Positions 7,697 to 16,091 are shown, counted from the stretch's first letter. The stretch is 64,000 bases of DNA from an uncultured virus (IMG/VR IMGVR_UViG_3300037137_000232) (IMGVR_UViG_3300037137_000232), one strand, 5' to 3'. Made by a program: numbers and translations. Notes: generated from the sequence alone by a model not told the origin.

Positions 7697-8824
7697 ATGA
7701 GCACACTGCACATCAAGCAACTTCCGCGAGCAATCGCACTGTCGTATCAAGCAGGCACCAACCTGCTGCTCACGAGCAAGCCTGCGACTGGCAAGTCGGA
7801 GACCACGTTCAAGACGGCGCAGACCATGGCCGAACGGATCGAGGGCTTCGGTTACTGGCCGTTCGATGTGGGCACGGCGAACCCGAACGACGTGGCGGCG
7901 TACATGCCGAACATGGAGACGGGCAAGCTGCAAGTGTTCGCCAACAGTGTGTTGCCGAATGCGTATGACAACCCGGACACCAAGGGCATCGTGTTCATCG
8001 ACGAGGTGATGAACGGCGACCCGGCGACGGTGAAGGTGTTCCAGAAGTACATCAATGGCGAGGACATCAGCGGCAAGCTGCGTAAGCCGGTCGGTGTCAT
8101 CATTATCGCCGCGTCAAATCGGATGATGGACAAAGCCGGTGCGATGCAGCAGTCGCGTGCGTTCATGTCGCGGATCGAGCAGTTGGAAATCTACTCGGAC
8201 GCGGGGCACAATCTGCACTTCATGGACGACGACTCGTGGTGGCCGGTGCTGCGCAAGTTTTTGGAGAAGTTCCCCGACTTGATCGACAACTACGAGACGG
8301 TGTTCAACGTCGATGAGGACAAGAAGAAGCGCACTACCGATGAGGTTGCGGAGCAGGGTGAAGAGGGCAAGCGTGGCGTGTGGGCCAACATGCGCTCATG
8401 GAAGCGCATCAGCAAGTTGGAATACGCGGCGCAGTTGCTGCACATCCCGCTCGATGCGTGCCGGATCACATCGAACGTCGGCAAAGCGGTGGGCACGCAG
8501 TACAACACCTATCGTGCGATGTTCGACAAGATCGCGTCGGTTGAAGAAATTCTGAAAGACCCGAAGGGTGTGGAAATTCCGAAGAAAATCGACGAGTTGT
8601 TCGTCATGGTCTGCATGCTGTCGCAGTTGGTGAAGGCGACGGAGATGAAGCCTGCGGCGACATTCGTTGACCGGCTGCAGGGCGATATGCGTGCGTTGGC
8701 GATCCGTAGGATGGTGAAGCGGTCGCAGAAGAATCGTGCGGAATTCGACATCGGCGCGACGAAGGAATACCACGCGTGGATGAAAGACCCGTCGATCCAA
8801 GACCTGTTCATGGCGGCGAGGTAG
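7697..8824 (+). CDS. MoxR-like AAA+ ATPase
   Basis: Walker A SKPATGKS, Walker B IVFIDE, sensor IIAASNR, Arg finger AFMSRI. Confidence 0.88.
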   Translation: MSTLHIKQLPRAIALSYQAGTNLLLTSKPATGKSETTFKTAQTMAERIEGFGYWPFDVGTANPNDVAAYMPNMETGKLQVFANSVLPNAYDNPDTKGIVFIDEVMNGDPATVKVFQKYINGEDISGKLRKPVGVIIIAASNRMMDKAGAMQQSRAFMSRIEQLEIYSDAGHNLHFMDDDSWWPVLRKFLEKFPDLIDNYETVFNVDEDKKKRTTDEVAEQGEEGKRGVWANMRSWKRISKLEYAAQLLHIPLDACRITSNVGKAVGTQYNTYRAMFDKIASVEEILKDPKGVEIPKKIDELFVMVCMLSQLVKATEMKPAATFVDRLQGDMRALAIRRMVKRSQKNRAEFDIGATKEYHAWMKDPSIQDLFMAAR

Positions 8825-8827
8825 ATC

Positions 8828-8944
8828 ATGGGGTATAAGGTGCGCACAACGAAGCGAGAATGGTATCTCAACGGTGGCTTCGCCAACCCCAAGAATTACC
8901 GCCGCATGCGTGGTGGAGCTTGGACATACTGGTTCATTCTTTAG
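8828..8944 (+). CDS. Small hypothetical peptide (38 aa)
   Basis: MGYKVRTTKREWYLNGGFANPKNYRRMRGGAWTYWFIL fills the gap between AAA and vWA genes; GAGG upstream. Confidence 0.45.
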   Translation: MGYKVRTTKREWYLNGGFANPKNYRRMRGGAWTYWFIL

Positions 8945-8954
8945 GGGGCTAACC

Positions 8955-10298
8955 ATGGCACGTGACACGTGTGTGGCAACAGCCGCTGTCAGGCTGATGC
9001 TGTACTACCCATTCTGGTGTGAGTTGTATTACACCATGAAGATCATCGAGACGCTGCGTGTGCCGACGTTGGCAACTGACGGGCGCAACATGTTCGTCAA
9101 CCCGAAGTTTTGGGACACGCTCACGCTCGACTACCGTGTCTCCGCGCTCGCGCATGAGGTGTGCCACAAGATGTTGCATCACTGCACGCGCGGCCGGGGG
9201 CACGATCCATACTGGGCCAACATCGCCATGGACATCGTGGTCAACACGCTGTTGGCGGCGAACGGGTTCAAGATTCACAAGAACTGGGTGCAGCCCGACC
9301 AGAAGTACGCGGGGTGGACGTACGAGGCTGTCTACCATGATATTACCAAGGACTTGCAGCAGCCCCCGCCGCAGCCGCAGGGGGGTGAAGGTACCACCCC
9401 GCCCCCACAAGAGGACGACGGTGACGAGAAACAGCCCGGCGGTGGTGCCAGAGAGGAGGGCGAGGATGGGGATGAAGAGGGGCAAGAAGGGAAGGGATCG
9501 CCGCAAGAAGAATCGTCGGATGGAGAGGGCGAGGGTGAAGGCGATCCGGAAGGCGAGGGCGATGGTGGCACGGGGTATTGTGACCGGTCGGACATCCCGA
9601 AGAAGTATCAGGGCGCTTGGAAGGATGTGAAGCAGTACATCGGCACGCCCGAACAGGTTGAAGCGTTCGAGGAGAAGATCGAGCAGCAGGTGCAGCAGGC
9701 AATCGCTGCAGCCAAGGCGATGGGTCATGCTCCGGCCGGGATCGAGGCAGCAGTGGTCAAGGCGACGAGAGTGGCCGAAGAGAAGTGGTTCGATCACCTG
9801 CAACGCTACTTCCAGTCGATGCGTCAGGCTGAGTATGACTGGGCGCGCATCAACCGTAGATATGCAGCAATCCATCGGGTTGTGGCTCCGGTGCAGTACA
9901 CCGAGCGGCTTGGCAAGGTGGTGATCTTTGTCGATGCGTCAGGGTCGTGTTGGGACAAGATGATTCAGTCTTGTTTCGCATCGCACATCAACGCGATACT
10001 GGCAGAAGCGCAGCCCGAAGAGACGCATGTCGCGTACTTCGACACCATAGTACACAAGCATGTGATAGTCGATCCGGGCAATATCGAGTTCGAGGAAGCG
10101 CCGAGTGGTGGTGGCGGCACGTCGATCCGTTGGATGGCCGAGTGGCTCGAATCGGAAGGTATCGAACCGGCGGTCGTGATCGTGCTGACCGACATGTACA
10201 TCGACTTTCCGGTGGTCGAGCCGCCGTGTCCGGTAATTTGGGCGAGCATCACACCGAAGTTGGAAGCGCCGTTTGGCGAAACGATTCACGTCAAGTAA
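8955..10298 (+). CDS. Zincin metallopeptidase plus vWA-domain protein (DUF2201-like)
   Basis: TLATDG, LAHEVCH (HExxH), NIAMDIVVN, acidic G/E linker, MIDAS VDASGS, GGGTS, VLTD. Confidence 0.9.
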   Translation: MARDTCVATAAVRLMLYYPFWCELYYTMKIIETLRVPTLATDGRNMFVNPKFWDTLTLDYRVSALAHEVCHKMLHHCTRGRGHDPYWANIAMDIVVNTLLAANGFKIHKNWVQPDQKYAGWTYEAVYHDITKDLQQPPPQPQGGEGTTPPPQEDDGDEKQPGGGAREEGEDGDEEGQEGKGSPQEESSDGEGEGEGDPEGEGDGGTGYCDRSDIPKKYQGAWKDVKQYIGTPEQVEAFEEKIEQQVQQAIAAAKAMGHAPAGIEAAVVKATRVAEEKWFDHLQRYFQSMRQAEYDWARINRRYAAIHRVVAPVQYTERLGKVVIFVDASGSCWDKMIQSCFASHINAILAEAQPEETHVAYFDTIVHKHVIVDPGNIEFEEAPSGGGGTSIRWMAEWLESEGIEPAVVIVLTDMYIDFPVVEPPCPVIWASITPKLEAPFGETIHVK

Positions 10299-10307
10299 GG
10301 AGGCAGA

Positions 10308-10523
10308 ATGAAAACTACTAAAGGAGGTAACGTGGTAGCGAAGAACGCACTACGCACTACGCAGCGCAGGTTCAGCACGGATGAGATGGGGTCTGCTGTT
10401 AAGCAGGTGCAGGAGTTCATCGGTGACGTGCTAACCAAGGGTACCGCTGTTGACATCAGCATTGTCGATGATCGTGGCGGGCAAGGCACCATCAACGTGT
10501 ACGTCACACAACCAAGGGGGTAG
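10308..10523 (+). CDS. hypothetical protein
   Basis: AGGAGG RBS; start may be GTG 10332. Confidence 0.65.
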   Translation: MKTTKGGNVVAKNALRTTQRRFSTDEMGSAVKQVQEFIGDVLTKGTAVDISIVDDRGGQGTINVYVTQPRG

Positions 10524-10525
10524 TC

Positions 10526-11104
10526 ATGGCTGAAAAGAAAGCAGCAAAGCCGAAGTTTGAACGGTATCGCACCGTACAAGGTTCGGTTGGGCAGTTCATC
10601 TCCGATGGGTTCAGCGAGATCGAGGGACTGGGTGAAGAGTTCCGCGAAATCTGCGACAACACGTCGGAGAATCTGCAGCAGACCGATGTGTACAATCGAC
10701 GCGACGAAACGGCGAGTGCGTGCGAAGGCTTGTCCGAGCCGAGCATCAACAGCAGCATTCTCGAAGAACTGGATGCGTCGTACTCGTGCGACATGGGCAA
10801 GACGTATCGTGGTCGGCAGACGCAATCACGGGCATGTCGTGCGAGTAACGCCGCATCAGCTTTGCGCGCGGCGGGTGAGTCGATCCGTGCGTGGCTCGAA
10901 GCCAACGAGGAACTGTCGGATACGGACGACACCGACTCAGCATCATTGCGTGCTCGCGCCGACAAGCTGCAGGAATTGGAAGCAGCAGGCATCAACGCCG
11001 ACGACTACGAGAATGCGCGTGAAGAAGCCGACGAGGTTGCGGATGAGTGCGACAGCATCGCCGACGAGATTGAAGGGATGGACTGGCCGGGGATGTTCGG
11101 ATGA
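10526..11104 (+). CDS. Highly acidic helical protein
   Basis: 192 aa, very D/E-rich. Confidence 0.8.
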   Translation: MAEKKAAKPKFERYRTVQGSVGQFISDGFSEIEGLGEEFREICDNTSENLQQTDVYNRRDETASACEGLSEPSINSSILEELDASYSCDMGKTYRGRQTQSRACRASNAASALRAAGESIRAWLEANEELSDTDDTDSASLRARADKLQELEAAGINADDYENAREEADEVADECDSIADEIEGMDWPGMFG

Positions 11105-11307
11105 AGCTGAAACTCTTTAACGGAACGCTGATCTCCCTGTCATTGCAAGTGATTACAGGTGGGTACGATCCGGAGCAGGGCTGTACCACGTTCGTAGTGC
11201 GTGGTTATGGGGAACAAGCGGGCACACTACAGATGTCCGTGCCCGAAGCAGTGAAGTTTGTCGGCCTGTTGTCGAATCTCCCGAAGGTCGAAAAGGTAGT
11301 GGAGTAG
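11101..11307 (+). CDS. hypothetical protein
   Basis: ATGA coupling. Confidence 0.6.
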   Translation: MKLKLFNGTLISLSLQVITGGYDPEQGCTTFVVRGYGEQAGTLQMSVPEAVKFVGLLSNLPKVEKVVE

Positions 11308-11332
11308 TACAACCAAAACAGGAGAGCACACC

Positions 11333-11653
11333 ATGAAATTGACAGCGACAGCATTCTATTCGGCAGTGACCGACAAGAGATGCAGTATCGACACCGCGCT
11401 TGAAGCGATCCGGCGATGGGGTGTCCCGTTCGATGAGAACGAGATCGGTCATCGCAAGCGTGGTATCGACATCGTGCACTTGGCAGCAGCACAAGCGAAG
11501 TATGCCGAAGAAATGGCGGCTCGTGCCGAACGCAAGAATGCCGAGGCAACGCGCAAGGTGGCACGAATGGTATCAAACGACGTGGTGGTGGAGCGACTGG
11601 ATCGCATCATCGTCCTGCTCGATGCGCTGTACAAGGTTGCCATCAAAACGTGA
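11333..11653 (+). CDS. hypothetical protein
   Basis: AGGAGAG RBS. Confidence 0.75.
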   Translation: MKLTATAFYSAVTDKRCSIDTALEAIRRWGVPFDENEIGHRKRGIDIVHLAAAQAKYAEEMAARAERKNAEATRKVARMVSNDVVVERLDRIIVLLDALYKVAIKT

Positions 11654-11697
11654 CGAGACTGTAGTGACCGGACATCTGAGCATGCTCAGATGTCCGG
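11654..11697 (+). repeat. CGAGACTGTAGT (11654-11665) plus palindrome copy 8 (11668-11697, 30 bp perfect)
   Basis: CCGGACATCTGAGCATGCTCAGATGTCCGG; the motif starts directly after a TGA stop. Confidence 0.98.
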
Positions 11698-11713
11698 GTT
11701 GTCGGGAGATGCA

Positions 11714-11914
11714 ATGAAGAAACATAGCATCAGGATCGTTGAACTAAGGTTGCTGCATTTCAGTGACTGGCGGCTGCTGCCGTGGTACGACAGTGGGCCG
11801 TGTTCGCATGGCTGTTGCATACACCGCGAGTTTACGTGGCTGTTCTTTGCTATCCGTGTCAGCTACGTGACCCCACCCAATCAGGAGAAACTCAATGAGC
11901 AAAAGCTACCATGA
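11714..11914 (+). CDS. hypothetical protein
   Basis: GGGAG RBS; MKKHSIRIVELR... Confidence 0.55.
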   Translation: MKKHSIRIVELRLLHFSDWRLLPWYDSGPCSHGCCIHREFTWLFFAIRVSYVTPPNQEKLNEQKLP

Positions 11915-12680
11915 CTGCGCGGTGGTGTACGCGCATCGACGCAACAAAAAAATCAACGACTGGAAGCCGGTGTCGCACAATCAGTGGCTGAAATACGACT
12001 CGATTTCTGACTGCTATCTGCACAAGCACCACAACACGGTGACGGTGCAGATTTTCCAACACAAGTACGTCATCAACACCGGGGGTTGGGACACGAACAT
12101 AACGTGGGCAAAAATTCATGAATATGCGAAGGTGCAGACTTCTGGTCGTCCGTCTCCGCTGTTCGTGGCTGACAAGTTTGTGGTGTGGGATAACACCAGC
12201 GGTCGGTGCTACACCGAGTTCTATGACGGCATCGAGGTCAGCGTCGATGGGTACCCGCTCGACCCACAACCCGTAGAAGTGCGCCGTGCCATACCGGGAG
12301 CACGGGCTGAATTCTACGCGCTCGCCAAGAAAGTTCGTGCTGCTGTCGCACTAAGGATGGTTGTCGGCGAATTTGATAACGTGCAACATGACGCTCCGGG
12401 TGATGGTGCGACACTTCAGTTGATGCAGGAAATCGCGGCACGAAGCGAAGGATTGTTCGCTGAACATATTTCATTCGGCGAGCTTGCGCCGTTATTCGCG
12501 CAACGTGAAGTGCTTGCATTTGGACGTTCAAAAATCGTCACACACTCGATTTATGAGGAACCAGAACCTACCTCGGTTAAGTCACGACTGAACTCAAGCA
12601 TCAACGCAGCAAAGCGCGCGTGGGAAACTACCAAACCACATGACGAGTTGTACGAAATCACCAAGAGGAGCTACACATGA
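11895..12680 (+). CDS. hypothetical protein
   Basis: AGGAG RBS; 261 aa. Confidence 0.8.
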   Translation: MSKSYHDCAVVYAHRRNKKINDWKPVSHNQWLKYDSISDCYLHKHHNTVTVQIFQHKYVINTGGWDTNITWAKIHEYAKVQTSGRPSPLFVADKFVVWDNTSGRCYTEFYDGIEVSVDGYPLDPQPVEVRRAIPGARAEFYALAKKVRAAVALRMVVGEFDNVQHDAPGDGATLQLMQEIAARSEGLFAEHISFGELAPLFAQREVLAFGRSKIVTHSIYEEPEPTSVKSRLNSSINAAKRAWETTKPHDELYEITKRSYT

Positions 12681-12949
12681 GCAGAACAGTCATTGAGGTT
12701 GCAGAAGAAACACTGCAGCGCGTGATCCGCACCGAGACGCGGCTGATGACGCTCGGCACGAAACTGGGGCACGACCTGAAGGCCGACGAGGACATTGAAG
12801 TGTACGCGGATGATCCGCCACACGTCATCCTCAAGACCCTCGACGTGCCGTACACGAGTGTCATCAAGGCTGCGCGCCGGGCCGGGCTACACGGTGTGAA
12901 GATCGCCGTGTACTTCAACGACAAACTCATCGCAGACATGCCGGTATGA
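12677..12949 (+). CDS. hypothetical protein
   Basis: GAGGAG RBS, ATGA coupling. Confidence 0.75.
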   Translation: MSRTVIEVAEETLQRVIRTETRLMTLGTKLGHDLKADEDIEVYADDPPHVILKTLDVPYTSVIKAARRAGLHGVKIAVYFNDKLIADMPV

Positions 12950-13254
12950 GGTTAAAAAATATCAACGCAAAGGACATAGTGCCGGAGGACACAATCGCAG
13001 CGATTGCGAAGAGCATGAGTGAGTCGCTCGATAACGTGACGTACAAGGTTCTGACGCAGGACATGATGTACAAACAACTAGAAGAGGACAAAATGGCAGA
13101 GCGAGCGTTGTTCGAGGTGTTCCAAGTCAAGAACGGGTTCTTCGCTCGGATGAAGAACGGTGAAATAGTCGTTGCCAACACACTAGCAGGAATATGCGAA
13201 GTGGCGGCAGCGGCGGCAGTGGAAGCAGTCGTTCTTACTGAAACGCGTCCCTAG
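12946..13254 (+). CDS. hypothetical protein
   Basis: ATGA coupling; 102 aa. Confidence 0.65.
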   Translation: MRLKNINAKDIVPEDTIAAIAKSMSESLDNVTYKVLTQDMMYKQLEEDKMAERALFEVFQVKNGFFARMKNGEIVVANTLAGICEVAAAAAVEAVVLTETRP

Positions 13255-13349
13255 AGACAGAGAGCACCGACAAAGGGCGACCCACTGGGGCAGTTAACGG
13301 AGTGGGATGACATCGCCGAGGAGAAGGTAGTATACGTCAAGCCCTGCCC

Positions 13350-13378
13350 TTGACAACTCAACCAGTTTAGTTTACATT
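13350..13378 (+). promoter_or_regulatory. sigma70 promoter for the replication module
   Basis: TTGACA-17 bp-TACATT. Confidence 0.8.
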
Positions 13379-13424
13379 GGTAGTACCGATCCGGCGGCTC
13401 CGGAGACAATGAGAGGAGAATCCC

Positions 13425-13655
13425 ATGAGCACACCAACGCTGAAGAAAACTACCGAGTACAAGAAGGTACTCGCCTACATCGCCAAGTGCATCGAACTGA
13501 AGTACGGCACGATGGCCGAGTACGCGCGCAAGGAGGACGTGTCGCAGCAGTACATCAGCAACGTGATGGGCGGCGGCAAGGCGATCCCCGACTGGATGTA
13601 CAAGCGGTTCAAGATCAAGCACGTCGTGCTTGAACACTGGGAAGTGATGGTGTAA
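13425..13655 (+). CDS. Cro/XRE-like helix-turn-helix protein
   Basis: TMAEYARKEDVSQQYISNVMGG HTH pattern; GAGGAG RBS. Confidence 0.75.
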   Translation: MSTPTLKKTTEYKKVLAYIAKCIELKYGTMAEYARKEDVSQQYISNVMGGGKAIPDWMYKRFKIKHVVLEHWEVMV

Positions 13656-13657
13656 CC

Positions 13658-13870
13658 ATGGAAACCTGTTGCGAACGATTCGCACACGAAACGTACGAAT
13701 TCCAACCTCCGGTGGGTGATGGAATGCTATACCCACCGGGGATGCGCCCAACCGGCCAGATTGAAAGAATAGGTGACAATAATTGGGCAATCAATGGTTG
13801 CTGTGGCGGCGGTTGCTACGTCATTAGAGAAATGAAGTTCTGTCCTTTCTGTGGTACGAAGCTGCCATAA
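13658..13870 (+). CDS. Small Cys-rich (zinc-ribbon) protein
   Basis: CC...CCGGGC...FCPFCGTKL. Confidence 0.65.
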   Translation: METCCERFAHETYEFQPPVGDGMLYPPGMRPTGQIERIGDNNWAINGCCGGGCYVIREMKFCPFCGTKLP

Positions 13871-13965
13871 TGGACGAACCACTGTTCTGGTTTCTTCTTG
13901 GCGTTCTCATCGGCATTATCGTGCTGGTGCTTGAACGCTATTTTTTCGGGGACTCACGGCCATGA
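13870..13965 (+). CDS. Single-TM membrane peptide (31 aa)
   Basis: MDEPLFWFLLGVLIGIIVLVLERYFFGDSRP; TAATG and ATGA couplings. Confidence 0.6.
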   Translation: MDEPLFWFLLGVLIGIIVLVLERYFFGDSRP

Positions 13966-14081
13966 CCAAAAGTGTACTTATCGGTGTTTGTTGGATGTTG
14001 CTTGGTGCTGGTTGTGCGTTCTTGCTGTTGGACTTTGTGTTCCGCACTGGGGTATGGGCTTGCAGGTCGGGGCTTGCATGA
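13962..14081 (+). CDS. Single-TM membrane peptide (39 aa)
   Basis: MTKSVLIGVCWMLLGAGCAFLLLDFVFRTG...; ATGA overlap with the polymerase start. Confidence 0.55.
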   Translation: MTKSVLIGVCWMLLGAGCAFLLLDFVFRTGVWACRSGLA

Positions 14082-15904
14082 AATCTGTAGTGATCGACTT
14101 CGAGACGTACTACGGCGATGACTACACGTTGTCGAAGATGACGACGGAAGCCTATGTCCGTGACCCCCGCTTCGAGACCATCCTGTGTGGCATCAAAGTC
14201 GGCAAGCAACCGGGGTATTGGGTCGATGCCCCGGACGTGCAGGAGGAACTCGACAGCCTCAACCTACAAGAGTGTGCGGTGATCGCTCACCATGCACACT
14301 TCGATGGACTGATACTGAACCACCATTACGGCATCCGACCGAAGCTCTGGATTGACACGCTGTCGATGGCACGTGCTGTTGATGGTGCGAAGGCAGGGCT
14401 GTCGTTGGCGAAGTTGTGCGAGCGCCACGACATTGGCGCGAAAGGTACAGAGGTGGAGCTTGTGCGTGGGATGAAGCACAACGACTTCACCCCTGTAGGT
14501 TTACGCAGATACGGTGGGTACTGCATCAACGACTGCGAGAAGGAATATCTGCTCGCCAAAATTTACGGGCCGCACTTCTGTCTGGAAGAGATCAAGCTGA
14601 TCGACGCCATGATCCGCATGTACACAGAGCCAGTGCTCGAACTCAATGAAGAGTTGCTGCTTGCGTACAAGGAACGACTGCATCTGCGTAAAGTGCAATT
14701 GCTAATCGAGGCCGGGGTGCAGATTGGCGATCTCCGCAGCAGCAATAAGTTCGCTGAGATATTGCGCTTCCACGGCATCGAGCCGGAGATGAAGCACAAC
14801 CCGAAAGGTAAACTGATCTACGCGTTCGCCAAGAAGGATGACTTCATGCTCGAACTAGCCGAGCATGAGGACGAGGCAGTGCAGGCATTGGTTGCCGCCC
14901 GACTGAACGCACGTAGCACAATCAATGAGTCACGCACTGAACGATTGTTGTCGATGGTGCAGAATGGTCGCACATGCGTCTACCTGTCGTACTACGGAGC
15001 AGGTACCGGGCGCGCGTCGGGCGGCGATAAACTCAACTGGCAGAACCTCGAACGTGTCGCGTATGCCGATAAGGCAAAGACAATTCAGACTGCCGGGTTC
15101 ATCCGTATGGCGGTTGAAGCGCCGGATGGATACGTACTCGTAGTGGGTGACTCATCGAACATCGAGTCTCGACAACTCGATTGGTTGAGCGGGCAGGAAG
15201 ATCAGGTTGAAGCCTACCGGTTGTTCGATGCAGGCAAGGGACCGGACATCTACTGCGTCATGGCCGAGAAAATCTACGGCCGAGCGATCAGCAAAAAGAA
15301 AGACCCCATCGAGCGCCAGATGGGTAAGACCGCCAAGCTCGGTCTCGGCTACGGCACCGGGGAGGATAAGCTCGCCACTACTGCGAAGATAGCAGTAGAG
15401 GAAGCGAGGCGGATCAAGAACGTCTACCGGGCTTCGCACAAGCACGTTGTGCAGTTGTGGTACCGCTGCGACGAGGTGCTGCCGCTGATCGCCAATGGTG
15501 CCATAGGCGTCAGTGTCGATTACCGAGGCATCATCAAGACGTGCGAGGATGGCCTGTTGCTGCCGAACGGATTGGTAATCAAGTATCAGGACTTGGAGCT
15601 AGACGACGACCAGTGGACGTACTGGGACGGCCGGGCACGGCAGAAAATATACGGTGCGAAGATGGTGGAAAACATCGTGCAGGCTCTTGCGCGGATCATC
15701 GTCATGGAGCAGAGTCTCATGGTGCCACGGCGGCTCGTGCTGTCAGTACACGATGAGGGGGTGTGGATCACGAAGGATTACAAGGCCGAGAAGGTAAAGG
15801 CCGAAGCGGAGAAGGCACTGCGTACACCACTTTGGTGGTGCCCGGATTTGCCGCTGAACTGCGAAGTGGGTTATCACAAGAGCTACGGGATGGCAAAACA
15901 ATGA
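14078..15904 (+). CDS. DNA polymerase family A with 3'-5' exonuclease
   Basis: IDFETY, HHAHFD, motif A DSSNIESR, motif B RQMGKTAKLGLGYG, ENIVQA, motif C VHDE. Confidence 0.95.
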   Translation: MKSVVIDFETYYGDDYTLSKMTTEAYVRDPRFETILCGIKVGKQPGYWVDAPDVQEELDSLNLQECAVIAHHAHFDGLILNHHYGIRPKLWIDTLSMARAVDGAKAGLSLAKLCERHDIGAKGTEVELVRGMKHNDFTPVGLRRYGGYCINDCEKEYLLAKIYGPHFCLEEIKLIDAMIRMYTEPVLELNEELLLAYKERLHLRKVQLLIEAGVQIGDLRSSNKFAEILRFHGIEPEMKHNPKGKLIYAFAKKDDFMLELAEHEDEAVQALVAARLNARSTINESRTERLLSMVQNGRTCVYLSYYGAGTGRASGGDKLNWQNLERVAYADKAKTIQTAGFIRMAVEAPDGYVLVVGDSSNIESRQLDWLSGQEDQVEAYRLFDAGKGPDIYCVMAEKIYGRAISKKKDPIERQMGKTAKLGLGYGTGEDKLATTAKIAVEEARRIKNVYRASHKHVVQLWYRCDEVLPLIANGAIGVSVDYRGIIKTCEDGLLLPNGLVIKYQDLELDDDQWTYWDGRARQKIYGAKMVENIVQALARIIVMEQSLMVPRRLVLSVHDEGVWITKDYKAEKVKAEAEKALRTPLWWCPDLPLNCEVGYHKSYGMAKQ

Positions 15905-16086
15905 GCGAACACCAGAGCATAGTGGATGCAGTAACGAAGCTGCCAGTGCGTGAGCAGTTGGCAGTAGCGAAGATGGCGCGAGCGATGTACGTCGAGTCAG
16001 TACGCAATACGAAGATCGTGCTCGACCCGCGCCTGTTGCGTCAGATGGACGCCAAAATCAAGGAAACGGAAGCTCAACTCAACTAG
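15901..16086 (+). CDS. hypothetical protein
   Basis: ATGA coupling; MSEHQSIVDAV... Confidence 0.65.
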   Translation: MSEHQSIVDAVTKLPVREQLAVAKMARAMYVESVRNTKIVLDPRLLRQMDAKIKETEAQLN

Positions 16087-16091
16087 GGGGG

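Noticed and set aside
8949..9875. Long antisense ORFs (e.g. 8949-9875, 23318-24217, 52297-53247)
   Set aside because: Shadows of well-supported genes on the opposite strand in GC-rich DNA
370..11697. Palindromic repeats as a CRISPR array
   Set aside because: Spacing runs from about 140 bp to 4 kb and contains whole genes; no cas operon; the Cas4-like nuclease is a stand-alone replication gene
11668..11697. Protelomerase tel site
   Set aside because: Multiple short copies and no recognisable protelomerase or tyrosine recombinase in the window
13898..14077. N-terminal extension of the DNA polymerase in the ORF track
   Set aside because: Better explained by two coupled small ORFs in other frames; the exonuclease motif begins right after ATG 14078
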